Part shown: one piece after another, positions 60,950-64,000 of the stretch
Numbering within the stretch: the stretch's first letter is position 1
How the letters are laid out: every line of letters starts with the position of its first letter
NCBI RefSeq assembly: GCF_038025025.1
Contig: NW_027117343.1
Coordinates: 310,001 to 374,000, forward strand
DNA: 64,000 nt
Reading direction: 5' to 3'
DNA from: Phyllosticta citribraziliensis
Lineage: Eukaryota
The notes under the pieces: generated by a model
The model's input: only the letters and a program-made list of their open reading frames with translations
Databases searched by the model: none
Told to the model about the DNA's origin: nothing
Made by a program: the position numbers and the translations under genes

Positions 60950-62315
60950 ATGGCCCGTCAAATCAGAAACGATCCAGTGGCAAAACTCATGAACAACCTC
61001 ACAAAGTCAGTCTGCGGATTCGGCCATGCTCGGCACTGCTTGTGAGGGCCCGTTGGACAAACTGACAAACATTAGATTCTACAAGTCGGGCGAGCACTCG
61101 GACATGACGCTCAAGTCCAAAGACGGCAAAGAACACAAGGTTCACCAGATAATTCTACGCGCTCAGTCAGGCTTCTTTGACCGTGCGTTTGATTCAAAAT
61201 CCACCTGGAAGGTATCTAGCCTTGCTCGTCTTTCTCATCCCTTTCGCATCACGTGAAGTCTTCTATCCCTTCTTGAACATGATCGACGTCGGGAAGTTAG
61301 ACTCTTGAGGATCATGTTAATGCTTTTGGGTCCGCAGGAATCGAAGGTAGGCGAAATGGAGCTCTTCAATGATGCCCCCGAGAATATCCAAGCCATGATC
61401 GACTGGATGTACACATTTTCGTACGAGTCCCCAGCACACTTGACGTCGCGGCAAGAACGCACCCTATTCCACGTCCAGATGTATGCAATGGGAGACATTT
61501 ACGACGCGACTCCCCTCAAAGACCTGGCCGCCAGAAATTTCGACACCGACGTGGACCACCGCGCCGAGCTTTTCCCTGAAACTGTGCGCGCAGTATACGC
61601 AACCACGCCCCCGTCTGATCGAGGACTCAGAGACCGCGTACTGCGGGTATGCGCAGCCAACGTTGCCGAGCTCCTTGGAAGCAACAGCAACAGCGGCAGC
61701 AACACCAACAACAATGCCAACACCTCCGCATCCATCTCAACCGAATCGACCATCAGGAAGCACAACTTCCGAGGCAGAGGGAGAAAGTACACGGCAAGAA
61801 CCCCGCAAAGCGTCAAAAGCGCCACCGAGCCCGCCGCCCCCGTGTCGATCCCCTCCAAGGCCGAATTCTCCATCATGATGGACGAGCTGGGCGTCTTCGG
61901 CCGCGAACTCACCACCTTCATCGCCTTTAGCTCGCCCGCGTGGCCGTCGTCCTCGGACGCAGCCCTCGGCGGCTCCATCCTCGTGCAGCGCTACCGCTGC
62001 GGCGTCTGCCGCAAACTGTGCGGCATGGAGCTGCCGGCGACGACGGGCGGCGCAGCCGACAACGACCAGCTCATCTCCTGCATGTACTGCCAGGCGGGCT
62101 TCAGCCCCAACAATTGGCGTAGCCGCCGTGCGGGACCCGGCGAGGGCCCGGATGAGCCGCTCGATGACCACATGGCTGGCTCGTCGCTTCTTGATGATAG
62201 CGCTGCTGTCCGGGCGCCGCCACTGGAGCGCGCTGATGTCGGGAGTACCGCTGGTGAGAACGGGAGCTTTGGCGGGTGGCGAGTTGGGTCGTCGCCGGCG
62301 CCTGCAATCTGGTGA
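60950..62315 (+). CDS. BTB/POZ protein with C-terminal CxxC-CxxC module (copy 7), 3 exons
   Basis: MARQIRND...|FYKSGEHSDMTLKSKDGKEHKVHQIILRAQSGFF...WK|ESKVG, FHVQMYAMGDIY, VYATTPPSDRGLR, an N/S-rich insert, and CGVC...CMYC...W. Confidence 0.85.
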
Positions 62316-63076
62316 GTGGAGGCTGAAGATCTTGTACATACACTGTATCTGTGCTGAAACTTTCGCGAGCTCGATCAACATTCTGTGATAGGGAACGATA
62401 TTGGAGTTCTGGAGAAATCAGTCTCGGGGAAGGTATGCAGTATATAGTCTTTAATTTTGGGATCGTATTTCACGTACGACCATAGCACGTGGAGAACTCG
62501 GAACCCCGTCCGCTCTTCCATAGATAAGCCACGTTGTGGCCGATTAGTAGTTGCGTGGGTGACCAGCAGCGAATCCCGGCTGTCGTACGTTTTGTCTTTT
62601 TTTGCTTCAACTTGACAGCCAGAAGAAAGCAACACTTTGAACGCTTCTTGTGCGTTGGTAGGAGGGAGACGTTTTGCCTAGTATTGTTCAAGTGACTATT
62701 TGAGTTTAGCGTTGGCGCGGTGCGCGTCTTCCCGCCCTTCTTCCCTGCGCGTCGTTTGGCAACGGAGCTCCGCCTCTCTCCATTTTGATTGAATCGAGCT
62801 GCGTTCCCACGTGCACTTCCGGCTCTTTACATGCGTGCTCCCATCTTGTTTTCTCAACGTTGCTCTCGCTCTCTCTATCTCCAATTCTGTGGGTTGGCTC
62901 GGGAAACGCCGACAGCTCCCGCAGCGAGTTTTCGTCTGCTCGGAAGCTTGCGCGTCCACGCCTGGCGGCTTCTCCCATGCTCTGAACGCGAAGGCGTATG
63001 ATTCCGACAAGTATTCGACACGATGACCGAGATAGTGCCAGGATCATCATTGAAAGGACCCGGTTCGGAATATGAC

Positions 63077-64000
63077 ATGGAATGGATTAAGAGAGTCGGT
63101 AAGTCTACCCTTCCAAAAAGCCCAGTCGAGCTCTGCTAACGCCAACCAGACTTCGCGAAGAGCCTTTGTGGTTTCGCAAAGGACGGCTTCCAGGCGAAGC
63201 TATACAGTGATCTCACGATCCGCTGCCAGGACAAGGAGTTCTACGTCCACAAGATGGTGCTTTGCTGCCAGTCGGAGTTCTTCGCCAACGCCTGCAAGCC
63301 GGACTCGCCGTTCGTGGTAAGCAGAACCCACCACCGTTTGCATTTTCTTCCATTTCTGAAAATAAGAGCTAGGAAGCGAGAACGGGCATCATCACTCTCG
63401 ACGAAGACGACCCGTTCATAGTCCAGCTGATGCTGGACTCGTTCTACGCCGACGGGTACGACTTCCAAGACCAGGCAGAGCAGCGCTTCCAGCCTCTGCC
63501 GCAGGTAGAGGCCATGGCGCTCTCTGACGTCTTGCTGTACGCCATGGCCGAGAAGTATCGCGCGCACCACGTCAAAAGCCACGCCGTGAACAATTTTCGC
63601 ATGTGCCTGGATCGCGAGAAATTGCCCCCGATCAAAGAGGACGACCGCAAGCCTCTGAGTGTGGCGAGCATCGTACGCCTCGCTACCAAGATTTTCGAGA
63701 CGACGCCCGATTCGGATCGCCGACTCCGCAACCTCATGTACCTCTACGTCAAAAACAACTTCTCCCGCCTCATGAATCGGTCGCGCTTTGAGGCCGACAT
63801 GGACAAGGTCGAAGGCTTCTGGAGAGGCTACGCGCGCTTCCTTGCCTTTTTCCTGGAGCTGGACCGCGTGTGTCCGAAATGCTCGTTGAAGGTTGGGACG
63901 TCGTTCGAGGGGAGGTTCCAAGATGGCTTCATGCTCATGCAGTGTTTTTACTGCCAGGCACGTCTTCCAGTCGACGAGTGGGAGCAGCCCGTTGACGATG
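63077..64000 (+). CDS. BTB/POZ protein with CxxC-CxxC module (copy 8), truncated by the window end; alternative in-frame start at 63023
   Basis: MEWIKRV|DFAKS...YSDLTIRCQDKEFYVHKMVLCCQSEFFANACKPDSPFV|EARTGIITLDEDDP, LYAMAEKY, FETTPDSDRRLRNL, EGFW and CPKC...CFYC...DEW. Confidence 0.88.

Noticed and set aside
1..64000. tRNA or rRNA genes
   Set aside because: None recognised by eye. A tRNAscan-SE or Rfam scan would be needed to exclude them.

Overview
Fungal nuclear DNA from a filamentous ascomycete (Pezizomycotina-like), with short GT-AG introns carrying CTRAC branch sites. Most ORFs in the six-frame track are shadow ORFs. The left part (about 1-38 kb) holds mostly ordinary genes: a HAL-family kinase, an UNC-93-like MFS transporter, isovaleryl-CoA dehydrogenase, an F-box-like protein, YAF9, a COQ11-like protein, SQT1, a 4CL-like CoA ligase, a large AlkB-family dioxygenase, SYF2, a PTH11-like receptor and an alpha/beta hydrolase. 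The right part (40-64 kb) is an accessory-looking region with at least eight divergent paralogs of one architecture: N-terminal BTB/POZ domain, helical region, C-terminal CxxC...CxxC zinc-ribbon-like module, often with a basic NLS-like tail. The copies share an intron position and are in different states of decay: five look intact (one runs off the window), one is frameshifted, one has a doubtful splice junction, and one carries RIP-like C>T/G>A mutations. Nested in the array are a PhlG-like (DAPG/phloretin hydrolase-like) gene, an intronless phosphotransferase fusion of bacterial-like architecture, and an FMN-domain-less P450-reductase-like gene with a CCGGGCC motif. Gene models were spliced by eye, family assignments come from motif recognition only, and no searches were run.
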